From NCBI RefSeq assembly GCF_018350175.1, contig NC_058368.1, positions 31,622,001 through 31,686,000 of the forward strand: 64,000 nt of DNA. The letters run 5' to 3'. This document shows, one piece after another, positions 11,651 through 24,964 of the stretch. The position numbers and the translations under genes were made by a program. The notes beneath the pieces were generated by a model. The model was not told the DNA's origin, did no database searches, and saw only the letters and a program-made list of their open reading frames with translations. Within the stretch, counting starts at the first letter, position 1. Every line of letters begins with the position of its first letter. The stretch is from Felis catus. Lineage: Eukaryota.

Positions 11651-14600
11651 GCTGACGTAGAAATAAGACCCTATATATGATTGATTGTACATCGCAGAAG
11701 TGAGTCCAAATTAGCCTGATTAAATAAAAAGATTACTTTTTTTGGATGCACTCAGTCACCTTGGTCTACTTTGGGAACATTAGAAGATTAATAAGCACTA
11801 AAGTTACATATATACCTTTCCTATCAATGTCTTTGATTTATGTAATCATGTTCTTTCTAATGTCCTTCTGATGAGACAGTATTTTGTCCACATTTAAAAA
11901 AAGCAACGTGACATATTTTCTAAACTATTAGCTCCTTTTTCATGGAACAGTAATCAATGTTATATTGTCCCTAGGTCTTCCTTCTTGAGCAGGTTTCCTG
12001 TGTGACATTTTTAATCTGGTATTTTCAAGCTCATGTAACCAAGAATACATATTAAAGGATAATATAATTTTAGAAAATCATTACCCCTTTGATCCACAAA
12101 GTCTTACAACTTTAAATCAGATTAATGTCACTTTTGACATTTCTTTGTGAGATCAAATGTATTTTGGTCATTTATTCTGGTTCAGTATATATTCTCGCTC
12201 TTCTATAAACCTCGTCCCTTGCTGAATTTTAGTTGATTAAGGTAGTGATTCAGAACTCACTGGAAGACACAGGTAAGTGTTGGAGGCTTCACATAAGATC
12301 CTTAAATTGGCTTGCACAGCACTGGGAAGCTTGCTAGGACAGGACTCAGCTTAATGCACTGCCGAGAAACTCAGGATGCAAGAACAGAGGATTTTACCAA
12401 CATTGCCCTTCAAAGTCCTTATCAAAGATGTTCCTTACTACTTCTTAGGACTGTGCTTTTACTGTTGTACACGAAACACCTTCAGGTTGTGATCCATCCT
12501 TCTGATTATTGTGATTCTATTATATACAAACTGAAACAATTGTGATTTTATTTGCATGCTCTTGCACAGATCCCCGCCACCAGTATAAACAGAGAAGCCT
12601 AATGAACACTGTATGATTTACTCAGGGGTTGAAAATATCCTCTCGCTCACATTTTGTATCTTCATCCTTCTTACAGATTATGAAATATTCAGTATTTTTA
12701 TCCTGAGACACATTGCTCTTAACATATTTGGCACAGAAGGTTATCTTTAAAATCCCCTCTAAATCTCCTAAATTAATGTTCTGTGTAGTGAGCACCTGCC
12801 AGCTTTGATACAGTTATGGGATTAGACATTTTTGAATGATTTTTGACTCTGAAGGTTGTTTGCATGCTGTTACCAAATCTGGCTGTGTTTCAGCACCAGT
12901 ATCTTCTGTTTCATAAAGGATTTGCTGTGAACCTAATAAATGTTTTCATCTAATTTTATAATTATCATACCTAGGAAGTGCCTTTATTAGAGCTTGGCAC
13001 TTTCCTGCATATAAACTGCTGCCCCTGTAATTGACTTTAACCAAGTGAGTACTAATCTGCAGTATTTCCTTGGAGGTGGGCTTGGTGGCTGGGGAGGCTC
13101 TGTATTATACCTCTTTTTCTCTGATAAAATAAATAAAAGTTTATTTAAAGTCTCTGTATCAAATTAGATGCCATAATAAGACAAACTTAATTCAACATCC
13201 ATATGCTGTAACAGGCTCCAATAGTATTATTAAATAGGGAACTAAAACTGTTCAGAAAGAAAAATGTCAAGAAATAAACACTAAGCCTAAAGACAGCAAT
13301 GCATTGTGTGTAACTTGCATATCACCCTTCAGAGACACTCAGGATGATGTATCCGTGTGGCTCATTGATCTTGTTTTGTTTCTTAAACTAAGTGAAAAAA
13401 ATGTATTTTCTTTTTGAGACAAATTTTATCTCAAATAATTTGTATAAATTTGTTTCATGAGTTTCTGGATCCTCTTGTAACATGGAAGAATTGTTCATCT
13501 GAAGATGAGCGCTCTCACGATCGATCTGCATAATATCTTCTTAATAAACATTGAATAAATTTAGATGAATATGTATGTTTTATGATAAGAAAAGAAAAAA
13601 AACATTTAGCTCCTTGAAAAAAAGCTAACATTAAAATATAAGTAGAAATTGAGAATGAACGTTAAAATTTTGTTTGTATATTCTATTTCTTATATCTCTA
13701 AAAAATATATTCAAGAATGTTCTCAACTCCTTTATCAAAGCAGATGGCTACATCAGAGAGATGTCTCTCTCACATCTCTATTTAACAGAGTGGGACTAAT
13801 TTCCCACAATTTTCCTTCAGCAAGATTCCCATTATCTTTAACCCATGGCAACAAGATTTTAGGTTTGATTTTTAAACTACGGATACTGAGCTCTCCTCAA
13901 AATTGGTGCCTGCAATTGAAAGTACTATGCATTGAGTAGTAAAATGAGTGATTCAAATTTAATAAAACCAATGTCTTAAGCTCAAGTAGAGTATTGCTTA
14001 ATGGCTGAGGCACATAAGTGAACTGGCAATTGCTTTACAATATATAATTGCAATACAATATATAATTTAGTGTAATGGGGGTAAATAATGTGATGCTATT
14101 AGAGTATAAGAGACTTTTAATCCAAGGTACAGTGATCAGGGGCAAATTACTGAGGAGGTAAAGCCTTTGCTGAATTCTGTAGTAAGAGACCAGGTGAGTG
14201 GGAGCCAATTCAGACAGACAAAACATACAGAATCATCTAAAGACAAGAAAGATCAGCTTTGTGCAAGAAGGTAGTTAGTAAATAGTTAGTTTTACCTTTC
14301 ATTGAGATAGAAATCAATACACTGTAGCATGAAAAATGTGAATTTCTTTAAAGTATTTTAGCTTGTAAACATTTAGAATGTGGAATCATCCAGCCTCAAA
14401 TCTCATGATGCTACATCTGAACTAGAAAAAGGAATGGCAGAAAAGCTATACTTGGTGCCAACATGCCTATTTAAATTAATAAAATGTACATGTGTTGTTA
14501 ACTTTTCCATCACACGAATTTCTTCCCTATTCTTTATGGAATAGTTATCTCAATCTGTATGTATTTTGCGCGTGCTATTTCCTAGAAAACTATCCCCCCT

Positions 14601-15409
14601 TCTGAAGTTGTATATGCACATAAAATTTTCTTTTAGACTCAAGTCTAGTTCTAATTCATCCATTAATGAGTCTTCCTGTCTTACAGGTGAGAGCTTTGTT
14701 TCCTTTCTCTCTCTTCTGTTTCTCTCTTGCCAAGCGAAAGAGGACATCATTTGCTTTCATGCTACCACCACATGGGTATCATGCTAGGCACAGATGATAC
14801 TGAGGAGAAAACTAAAAAACCTTCCTCTCCCAGATGGTCCCTTCTAGCCATGAGGTGTGCAGTGAGGAGTATATCCAAGTCGCTGGAGAGGTTTCCAAAA
14901 TACTCATGCTTGAAGCCCGAGGCCTGGGAATGTCTGTGAAGAAATAGGTTGGAAATTTGAGTTAAAAAAATCTTCCAGTTATGTTAATTTATGCTTCTTT
15001 ACTTAAGCCCGTCTGCATTTTGAGAGCCACTGGTTCTGAGCTGCAGAAACGTTTGGAGAGCTGTGCGTCAAGGGTCATAAACTTAGATGGTAAATAAGGA
15101 GAAACGACAATTTGGAGTAAACACTCAAAGGTCATAATCTAACATTTATTTTTGGATCAAAGTGTAGTAGGCAGTCATTAGAAGTCTGCAAAGAAAGAGG
15201 CAACATGAATAACCATTTTAGGTATGTGGTATAAAACGTGGTAAGCAAAGGGAAAGCTGTAGTTTTGAGAACTTATTATAAGACAGAGATAGACCTCATT
15301 TGGGGGAAATGCTATCAATTTGGGAACTATAAAGTGGCATAGTAGGTATATGAAAATAGCATGAACAGCATGAGATGAATTTGTTTTCCAAAAAGTTTTT
15401 AATTGGAAT

Positions 15410-15548
15410 TTCAGTTCTTTCATTTACATGCTGTGTGACCATGGACAAATTACTTTGTCACTCTGAGCCTGCTTTCTAATATAGTAAACATATTAGATAT
15501 AAATATACTTCATAATGTTTGGTCAGTATTAAAATCAGATCATGCATG
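15410..15548. mobile_element. MIR fragment
   Basis: gctgtgtgaccatggacaaattactt..tctgagcctgctttct matches the MIR core. Confidence 0.65.
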
Positions 15549-15566
15549 TTCAAGAAATAAGAGGAG

Positions 15567-15761
15567 TTTTTTTAATGTTTATTTTGGAGAGAGAGAGAGA
15601 ATACAAACAGGGGAGGGGCAGAGAGAGAGGGGGACAGAGGATCCAAAGTAGGCTCTTTGCTGACAGCAGAGAGCCTGATGTGGGGCTTAAACTCAAGAAC
15701 TGTGAGATCATGACCTGAGGTGAAGTTGGATGCTTAACAAACTGAGCCACCCAAGCGCCCC
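15567..15761 (-). mobile_element. Can-SINE
   Basis: Reverse-complement head ends ...actgagccacccaagcgcccc at 15761; T tail at ~15567. Confidence 0.95.
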
Positions 15762-15900
15762 AAGAAATGGGAGTTTTTATTATTACATTATTTTCAGTAT
15801 CCTGTGAAAAACGGCAACAGGGCCATACTAAGAATATTGTACAATAGAAAAGTTATAAAGGGTATGCATTATTTTGCACAACTTAAAATCTCCCTGTGGA

Positions 15901-16140
15901 GGGGCATCTGGGTGGCTCAGTTGGTTAAGCATCCAGTTCTTGATTTCCACTCAGGTCATGGTCTCACGGTTTGTGAGTTCAAGCCCCACATCAGGCTCTG
16001 TGCTGACAGTGTGGAGCCTGCTTGGGATTCTCTCTTTCCCTCTCTCTCTGCCCTCCTCTCTCTCTTTCTCTCTCTTTCTCTTTCTCTCTCTCTCTGTCTC
16101 TCTCTCAAAATTAAATAAATAAACTTAAAAAAATTTTTAA
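15901..16140 (+). mobile_element. Can-SINE
   Basis: ggggcatctgggtggctcag head, long (CT)n body, A-rich tail. Confidence 0.95.
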
Positions 16141-16599
16141 TTTAAAAGTAGTATTTAAAAAAATTTCCATGTGGAGACTCCATACAGATAAACCGTCTAA
16201 TCCTATTTTTAAAATATGTTGAAATATGTGGCACTGGAAGATATCACTGCTGTCACCAAGGCCATACTTTAAACATTCAATATCTGTATAACTTATAGCA
16301 ATTTGAAAAGGGGGCATTTTCCCTTTTCCATTGGGGAGAACACTGAGGTGCAGAGAGATGAAGCATTTTGCATATGGCCACACAACTACTAAGTTGGGAG
16401 TCTAGGATGTGAACCAAAAACCACCTGCCTTCACATCCCGTCCCTTTCCACTATGATCCATGCCTGAAATAACTGGAGTTAAGTGTTAATTTCTCCTGTC
16501 TACTCTGTTCCCAAGTTTTAGCCCTTAAAGTCTTTCACATTCACTATTACAAAACACTTTCTAACCAGTCTCCACACCTCTAGTTTTCTCTCCATTTGC

Positions 16600-17200
16600 T
16601 TCTTTCTATACCTATTTATTGAGTAACTACTACATGCCTGGCACTATTCTAGGTACTGGGAATGCATAAGTTGCTCTGTCTCTTTTTTCTTGGGACAGCC
16701 AGTCTAGTGGAGGAAACACAGCAAATACATAAACAAATGTAGAGTACATGGATGTATAGTATATAGCCTAGGGTGGTAAAAGTGGTAAATACAAATTGAG
16801 CAGGGTAGGAGGATTGAAAGTTGGATGAAAGTTACCATGGAGTGGTTATTTATAATAAAGTTAAGGGAATTAGAGCAGACACTTGAGGGAAATGAGGGAG
16901 TGAGACATGCATAAATCTGAGAGATGGTGTTGCTTGGAACAGGAATAGCAGGGCAGAGTATAAGTGTGCTCTCTGTGTTAAAAGAGTAGTGTGGGTGGAG
17001 CAGAATTTTTGAGAGAAAGAGAGACAGTGAAAGAGAGAAAGAACAGGTGACAAAGATCAGTAGATAGTATAAATTAGACCTAGACCCTTAAAGGTCAGAA
17101 TAAAGATTTTGGTCTACTTTGAGTTGAGAAGCCACTGCAAAGTATTAATCAGAAAAATGACACGATGCAGCCTCTATTTTAGAAAAAAAAATCACCCAAT
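16600..17200. mobile_element. L2 3' fragment
   Basis: atttattgagtaactactacatgcctggcactattctaggtactggg (L2 3' terminus) followed by gagaagccactgcaaag..aaaatgacacgat. Confidence 0.75.
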
Positions 17201-17771
17201 CTACTCTGGTTTTTATATGAAATACTGCTGGTTACCTTTCCAAGATACAGCATCACTCAGGCTTCTTTCTTACTTGTAACCCAGCAGTGTCTCACCCTCA
17301 CAGCCCACTGGATTCAGCTTCTGCTTAGGAGAGACAACCATGTTGGTGGTGGCAGTGGTCGTAGTGGTCATCATAATACTTTTTGCTCCATGTTCCCTAG
17401 CCCTGTTGATCTCTTGATCTACAGAGTATTTGATCTTTCACAATGTAATTCTTCTAGAGAATCCTCTATTTATTTGTGAGGGAATATCCATTTTCATCTC
17501 AACGGACATTGACTGTTCTTCTACACAACGGTTTTGGAAATCCTGTTCTGCAGAATTAAGATAAAACTCTTGGCATTCAAGCCCTTTTTATTCCTACCAC
17601 ATTTTGGTTTTCTCTTTGTGAGTGGACTTTTCTTTATCCATATCCCATAGTTAAGTTCTTTCAGTTCTTCAAATCTTGTTCAAATTCTACTCTCTCTAGG
17701 AAGCCTTGCTTGATTTTTCTTTGTGAAAATAATTGTTTTTTCTTGTGATCTTCCATGATGCCAATTCTTAC

Positions 17772-17851
17772 TTTTTTTTTAACTAAGTACCCTACATGGG
17801 CATTGAACTCATGACCCTGAGGTCAAGAGTTGCATGCTCTACTGACTGAGC
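17772..17851 (-). mobile_element. Short old Can-SINE fragment (tRNA-like part)
   Basis: ttgaactcatgaccctgaggtcaagagttgcatgctctactgactgagc. Confidence 0.8.
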
Positions 17852-20800
17852 ATTGACTATATTCTATCCTATACATGATTATCCATATCCTATTTCTAAT
17901 GCAAAGATCCATGGAAGAAGGCTGTCTGCCTAATCCACCTTTGTACCTAACGTAGTATCTTAAATTCAACAGGAAATTGATGAATATGTCAACAGTCGGT
18001 TAATTCTTAATATGATGATATCTATTCTGATTGTATGTATCATTTATTTCCATGATTCAATCGTAACCTCTTTTAAATAAGAACCTACATTTTTCCCTTT
18101 AATATGCTCTCTATGTGCTCCATATGGACATCTGTTAGTTTCCCTCAAGTCTTCAAAACTTTATCGATTGAACGGTCAATTAATCCTCCAGGATGGAGAA
18201 ATTTGCCAGTGGGTCAAAAGATTTAAATCATCCCTAGAGCTCCATTCTGAAAGAGAGATTTTGTAGTTTCAAAATGTTTGTGGAACGCCGTGTGCACCGA
18301 GGAGAGAGAGTGAGATAGTGAGGGCAGGTTCAAAGCCATTCTCCAGTGGCTCTCTAAAAAGCTAAGATGCCACAATTGGGGTCAGAAACCTTAATCTTTG
18401 CTATCAGAGTTTTTATTGCTCTGGCGTGTGTTGATACACTCCAGAGGGAACTGTCATCTTATCTTGCTTATTCCACAGGTTGGGAAACAGGCTTGTAGAG
18501 AGTATGTTGAAGTAAGAGAAAGAGGTGAAATGAAATCTTCATTTGATTCAGTCTTAGAATATGATATGAAGGTCTAATATCTGGATTATTAATTTAAAAG
18601 GCTATAGGTAAGTTGCAGAAGAAATCAATTAAATATGATACATAAATTTATTTTTGGCTTTGATAGTCTTATGTTTACTTATTACATAAATTAATAGTAT
18701 GCAGCTGTGAGTCTGATTACAAAGTAATGTTTTCATAAAACATTACATCAAACAATAAGAAAAAAACCCCTACAATTCCATAATGAAGCTTCTGCCAACC
18801 TGCAAATAAACACAGGAAGAGGATATGGAAAATGTTAATTCATGGTTTAGATAGACTGCCCCCCCAGTCACTTTGTGTTCAAATATTATCTTACTATCCC
18901 AGTCGTACATTATTAAATATTATTATTTGCTCCTCTATTGCAGTACATCTCCACCTGACTCCTTAAGACTTGTCTGAGATTCCCCTGAAAGGATGCTAAA
19001 TGATTTACTGTCAGGTTTCCCACATCCTAGAGAGAGTCAAAAATTAGGATAGGAGGCAGATGTAAATTTAGGAAAGAATAAGGGATTTGAGAGTTCAGTC
19101 TAGGTCACAGGTAGAAGAGCACAGATGAGATAAGAACATTTATTCAGAGCTGTATAGAGCAGTGAGGATGATACAAGGTATGGTCCAAGTGGTAAAATTA
19201 TAATAATAGATCCTAGTGATGTTGATCTGCCAAAATATTATAAGTACTGTATTTTTTTCTCCTTTAGAAACATTTGAGTTTTTACAATTCCAATAAGAGA
19301 GAAATAAGAGTTGGTGAAAATTTGAGTAACACAACTTAGTTCTTTTATCATCTAATAGAGGTGTCAATGATTCTTTGAAGCAGAAAGGAAGGATAGAATG
19401 CATTTAATTTAATGGAAGTAAAATTAGCAAGGAAAAATTTTATTCATGTTATACTAGAAAAGAGATTGGCTGGGACTTAGAAAATAATAGGAGTATTAAA
19501 ATATTTTCTAAGGGAATGAAGGCAACAATCTTTTTGAATACTTACCTTCGGGCTTATTTATCTGATCTAGAATGAGGCTTCATCTTGAATTTGTTCCTCC
19601 TAAACTGGTGGTCTTTTTCACTTAAATTGCTGTTCTCCTGTTATCTATAATTCATTAAACTCTTGCTTTGTAAATATTAACTAACCTTTTTAAAAAGCTC
19701 TAGAAAACAGAAATAATTCTTCCTTATAATAAAATTCATTGGCTGCTGTATTTTTTAAAATTTATTCATACTGCTGTCTTTCAGCTTTAAAAAATATTAA
19801 ATAAATACATAAATAAAGTGCCAGCATATCTCAGGGTAAAGTGGGAAGAATAAAAGACAACAGAATGCCCTGCTTTTTCGTGTCTCTTGTATGAAATGCA
19901 AATTTGTCCCATTTATCCTTGTAATTTTAGAAAACTAAATGTTACTTTGGTATGCCCCACTGAAACTTTTTATAAAATAGCTTTCTTCTTAATATTATGG
20001 TTTAGAGATTTACATCTGGTTCTAGAAAGGCAGAATGATATTCATCCTGCACTTCTCTCTTTAAGATTTAGCGTACTCCTAATTTAAAAGGAGACTGAAA
20101 TAAAGTAGAAAAAGGTAGTGGTCTTTATGAAAATTTTTCTAACTTTGCAATTATTCGATAGTGTGTATTCCTTTTTAAATAATTTCTGTAATTTTGAAAT
20201 AAAAATATTAAAACAAGTTAAAATGATGCATTAATGGAAATTATTTTTTGTCAGTAATATAAACACACTCTTTACACTAAGTTAGAAGGTTTTTTTATCC
20301 GGTAAGATGGGCACCTTTTTGTCTGCAGCAGTAACGATTGTCTGGCCTTGAAATAAATTAATGGTAACTGCAGAGCATAACAGTCTGGAAGAGGGTATAT
20401 TGCTGGTGTTGGACATGAGTCCTGGGCTCTGCTGGAGAAGCTTAGATTAGAAGCATTTCTCCAGAAACACGAGAGTGCAGACTGGAAGGATTCAAGTGTT
20501 CATACCTCGTTCTGGTTTAATGTGAATGCTTTTTTATGAGTTGATGGAACTGTATACTAAGGATTGAAATTTCCTGAAACATAAAGGTGCTAGGCCAGTT
20601 ATCAGATGTTGTGCCTATGGAAGGTCAAATGGATATAGAAGATAAATGTAAGCCAGCCAATAACAGGTACATACTTAATGATTAAGCTTCTCTGTATGCA
20701 AAGCCCTGTGCAGGGTACTGGGATACCCACAGATACAGAGACCATTTTCCCTGCCCTTAGAAAGCTTTAAAATTGTTGAGAGATAACACCTACACTCATA

Positions 20801-22162
20801 AAAGCATCAACACCCAAAACAGTGTGCCTAACAAAGATGTACTTAAAAGATTTTTGCATATAAGCAGTCTTGAACAATATAACATACAATAGCATCTTGT
20901 GAAGTACAAAGGGATGTCAAGTGTGATTCCAAACACTTAGAATTTTCACTTTAAATTCCTTTTTGTGTGTATGGAATAAAACAGAAACTGCCCTCTAGTT
21001 TTTAACATTTCATCATTTTTTTTTTGTGCTGTACTTCATCATTATCAATTTGTTTTCCTTTCAATTTACTAATGCTTCTCTGATTTTCAAGTCCCTAAAG
21101 GAAACATGAGTAGATGATTATGCTGTTTGGAACACTTCAACAGTGACAGGGTAACTAATGGCTTGAAAGAGTTAATTAATCATGTTCTCTGATGTGCCTT
21201 TTGATTTCTAAAGTGTTTTGGATATGATTATTTCCCACCATGTGATTTCATTTATTTAGGAAATAATTATTTAGGAAAAAAGACTTCCAAACCTATCATA
21301 TCATGGAATCTTTTCAAAAACCTATCATGTCCTCTGTGAAAATTGTATGCAGAAATTCCTTCACTTGTATCCAGAAATAAGGACAGGCTTAGGATTTGAG
21401 TACTGGAATAGAATAGAATGACATGATTTGAGATGTAACTCTCTTACTCCTCTCTCTCACATCTTGTATGTCAAGGGACAGTGATATTCTGTCCCTTGCC
21501 ATACAAGAGCTTTTAAATGATCTTATAATAGATCATTTTAATTTCTCTCTCTCTCTTTCTGTATCCACCATGATGACATTTGGTGTTTTATGTGGTTCAG
21601 TTTCAAACAACCTCAATATAGGGAAAAGGCTAAAAGAACAGCATGTTATTGGAGAAGCATGGGTGGTCTTAATGCTTTCATTTGCTGACTTTTAGGGACC
21701 ACTAAATTCTATTGAAAAGCTTTTACGATGAGGGGTGCTTTGGGCAGTATGTTTTTTTTTTTTTGAGGGGCATAGCAAATTTAAGTATAAAATTAAGTAT
21801 AGATCAAGTGTTAAGCCAACAAGGGATCTATTCTCTGCTCTTTTTTCTTGCAGTCAAGTCTTTATTTCTGTGTTTGCCAAGTGTAAACCTAGAGAGACAA
21901 CACTGGGCCAGAATATCAATTACCATTTGTAGTTAGTATGAATTTAAAAGGGAGTCAAGAAAATCAGACTCTTTAGAGTTTACAATGTAAGTTTAGACTA
22001 AAACAATTGTACTCACCATCATCCACTTTATTAAATGTGTTAGAACACAATTAACACAATTAACTTTCAAATTCTTCAACATTTTAAATGTTTATTCAGA
22101 AGGTAAAAATAGTATGAATCATAAAGATTTATTTTACTTTGAAGGCAGAATGTTTGGCTTTA

Positions 22163-22403
22163 TTATTATTATTAGTAGTAGTAGTAGTATTTAACTGTTT
22201 ATTTAAACTCCAGTTAGTTAACAGTGTGATGTTAGTTTCACGTGTACAATATAGTGATTCAACACCTCCAAAGACATTTGGTGCTCCCTCAGCAAGTGCA
22301 CTCCCTAATCCCCGTCACCTATCCCCCCCCCCCCACCTCCGGACCCTCCCCTCTGGTAACCATCAGTGTGTTCTCTATAGTTAAGAGTCAGCTTCTTGGT
22401 TTG

Positions 22404-22449
<46 letters not shown>

Positions 22450-22508
22450 CTTTGCTGGTTTGTTTTGTTTCTTGAATTCCACATATAGTGAGATCATATG
22501 GTATTTGA
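22163..22508 (-). mobile_element. Carnivore L1 3' UTR fragment with internal (CT)n
   Basis: L1_Carn-like 3' UTR (ctccagttagttaacagtgtgatgttagtttca...ccacatatagtgagatcatatggtatttg); TSD ttggcttta at 22154-22162 and 22509-22517. Confidence 0.88.
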
Positions 22509-22606
22509 TTGGCTTTAAATACCAGCTATTCCATGTTCTGTGATCTCAGGCAGTTGCCTAAATGTCAGTGATTCAACTCTGTGACTGAAAAAAAAAAATT
22601 GGAGCG

Positions 22607-22607
<1 letters not shown>

Positions 22608-22643
<36 letters not shown>
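22608..22643. repeat. (ATC)12 microsatellite
   Basis: Perfect atc repeat counted directly; followed by an imperfect (TG)n at ~22677-22728. Confidence 0.95.
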
Positions 22644-23097
22644 TATCTCACACTTTCCTCTAAAGATTTAATTAATGTGTGTGTGTGTGCACGTGTATGT
22701 GTGTGTGCATGCATATGTGTGTGTATATGTTTCAGGGAGGGTGAGAATGGGAAAAAGAATTTATGAGAATACATACACAGAATGAGTTATAAGTTTCGTT
22801 GAAACTCTGTAAAAAAGCACTGATTATAATGCAAATTAAATATCACACAGCTGGCTTTGTCAATCATCCTCCAAAGGAGGTTTTTCTGGTCATTTTAGTA
22901 ATCTAATAATGTAATCTCTCATCCTATAAATTTATAAGAATTTTTATTCTTCTAGCAATATGTTGGAGGACCATTATATTAGATTTATATGGATATATAC
23001 ATAAACATGTACTATTATTCTCTTTGCAAAAAGGAAATGTTTTTTTGGCATAAGCCCATATTTGATATCTATATCTATGAATATCTATATTTCAGTG

Positions 23098-23653
23098 TCT
23101 ACATACGTATTTTTTCTATTGCTGGATGGAAAACAAATTACTACATGTTTTGTAGTTTAAACCTATCGTATCATCACACAACATCTGTAGATCAGGAGTC
23201 TGAGCAAGGCTCAAATGGCCCTCTGGTCTTGTTAGAATTCAAGGTACTGATGGGGCTAGGGTTTCATGTGACACTCGAGATCATCTTCCAAGCTCATGTG
23301 CTGTTAGCAGAACTTAGTCCTTGCTGATGGATATCTTATGATGGCTTTTTTCTTCAAAACTGTCAGGAGAGTCTGCATTCTGATCTCTTCACCTGATTGG
23401 GTCAGGCCCACCAAGGGTAATTTTTTGATTGCCTTAAAGTCAATTAGTCAGACATTACTCATATCCACAAAGATATCCACTCATATCCTGTAACCTTTTC
23501 ACTTTGATGTATCATAAGCGTGACACTGATAGCCCATTATCTTTGCTATATTCTATTGTTTAAAAGTAATTGAAAGTTTCTATCTATACTCAGGAAAGGA
23601 GATTATACAAGGGCATGGATTATTGGAGGTTATCTTAGAATTCTGTCTACCAC
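23098..23653 (-). mobile_element. MaLR LTR (MLT1E-like)
   Basis: ctattgctg..aacaaattactaca..tagtttaaa, tctgtagatcaggagtctgagc, cctgattgggtcaggcccacc, gagattatacaagggcatg..atcttagaattctgtctaccaca. Confidence 0.82.
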
Positions 23654-24964
23654 AGCTTTTCTACCATGTGGATTAGTGTATTTGAACTTCTTGTTGCTTC
23701 GCTGGTTATTGAGTTTGTCACTCTGTTCTGATCCAACTTTTTTTTTCTTTCTCAATTTCAATAGGTTTTTTGAATAAACTCATAATATTATATAAGTAAA
23801 AATACAGTTACAACATGCATGCACCACTGTTAAATGTTAAGCAAGGCTCAGCTGTGTCTGCTTTACGTGTGCTTACCATGGAGTAAAAGTTGTGCAATAA
23901 CACATAAAAGTACAGCCCATTGAATTGTGTCACTCATATTGGATAATTTTAAGAATGACTGTAAATTTTTGGTGCTTTTTGTCTGACTTTTCTGGTAAAT
24001 AATGAAATCAGTTGTTCGGTATTAGTGATTTAATTACTTAGAAGCAAGCATGTGTTACTATTTTCTCAAGCATCTAGACCAGTTTAATTGAAAAATATAT
24101 TCAGTTTTCAATGAGTGCTGATAAAAAAAATACCATTGGAAACTACTTATCTCTATGAATCAGCTTTCTCAAAACTGCAATTCAAACAAGATATAGAAAT
24201 GACTGACATATCAGCAACAATAGTCCGTGAACCCTGTGTGGTCCTATGTGACCATTATTCTCTAGTTGTATTATTCATTATAAGGATTAAAAATATAACC
24301 TTAAAAATAAACATATGGTCATAAGATTCTGCATTTATCTATTGCAGAGGCAGTGGTTGAGGTGAATCTTTTGAATGAGATTTCACTTGATTAAAGGGTC
24401 TATTGCTTTAAAAAAAAGTTTGAAAGCCACAGAATAGTTTGATAGTATTAGAAAAACAGAATCTATAGTTAGTAAATACATCTAGGGAACTCAGGGGCCT
24501 CATCAAACAATAATCAAATTCAAATATTTCTTTGATGGGACTTATGAAGCTATTTTATAATCTAACCACATCCGCCCCATTTGATAAAAGGACTATTGAC
24601 ACCATCTATTCCAGCTAAGGGGTTGCTTTCCCAAGTAAGATCCCATTCATGTTCATGCTCTCCTACAGCAATGTAGGATAACCTATCTTGTGCGGCCGAG
24701 TAAGCCATAGATCTAAATAAGTAACTCTCCTACCACCAAGATCTGACTATATGCATTTTATCAGGCAAGATCAAGCTTTGAACCATCATTTATAGTTTCT
24801 AGTTAAGGATGCATAAGGTTCATGGTACGATTTTCCAAACCCAATAGATTCCTTCGTATATGCTTCCTTAGTGACAAAGACTCCTCTGCTGGAATGGAGC
24901 TGGGAAAGCATCTACAGCTAAACATCCTAAAGTGTTAGGTTTCTTAATGTGATTGTGCTTTCAG

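Noticed and set aside
19540..19650. Strong minus-strand donor aag|gtaagta with upstream exon-like segment
   Set aside because: All three frames contain stops from the nearest good acceptor; at most a non-coding exon, unsupported without RNA data.
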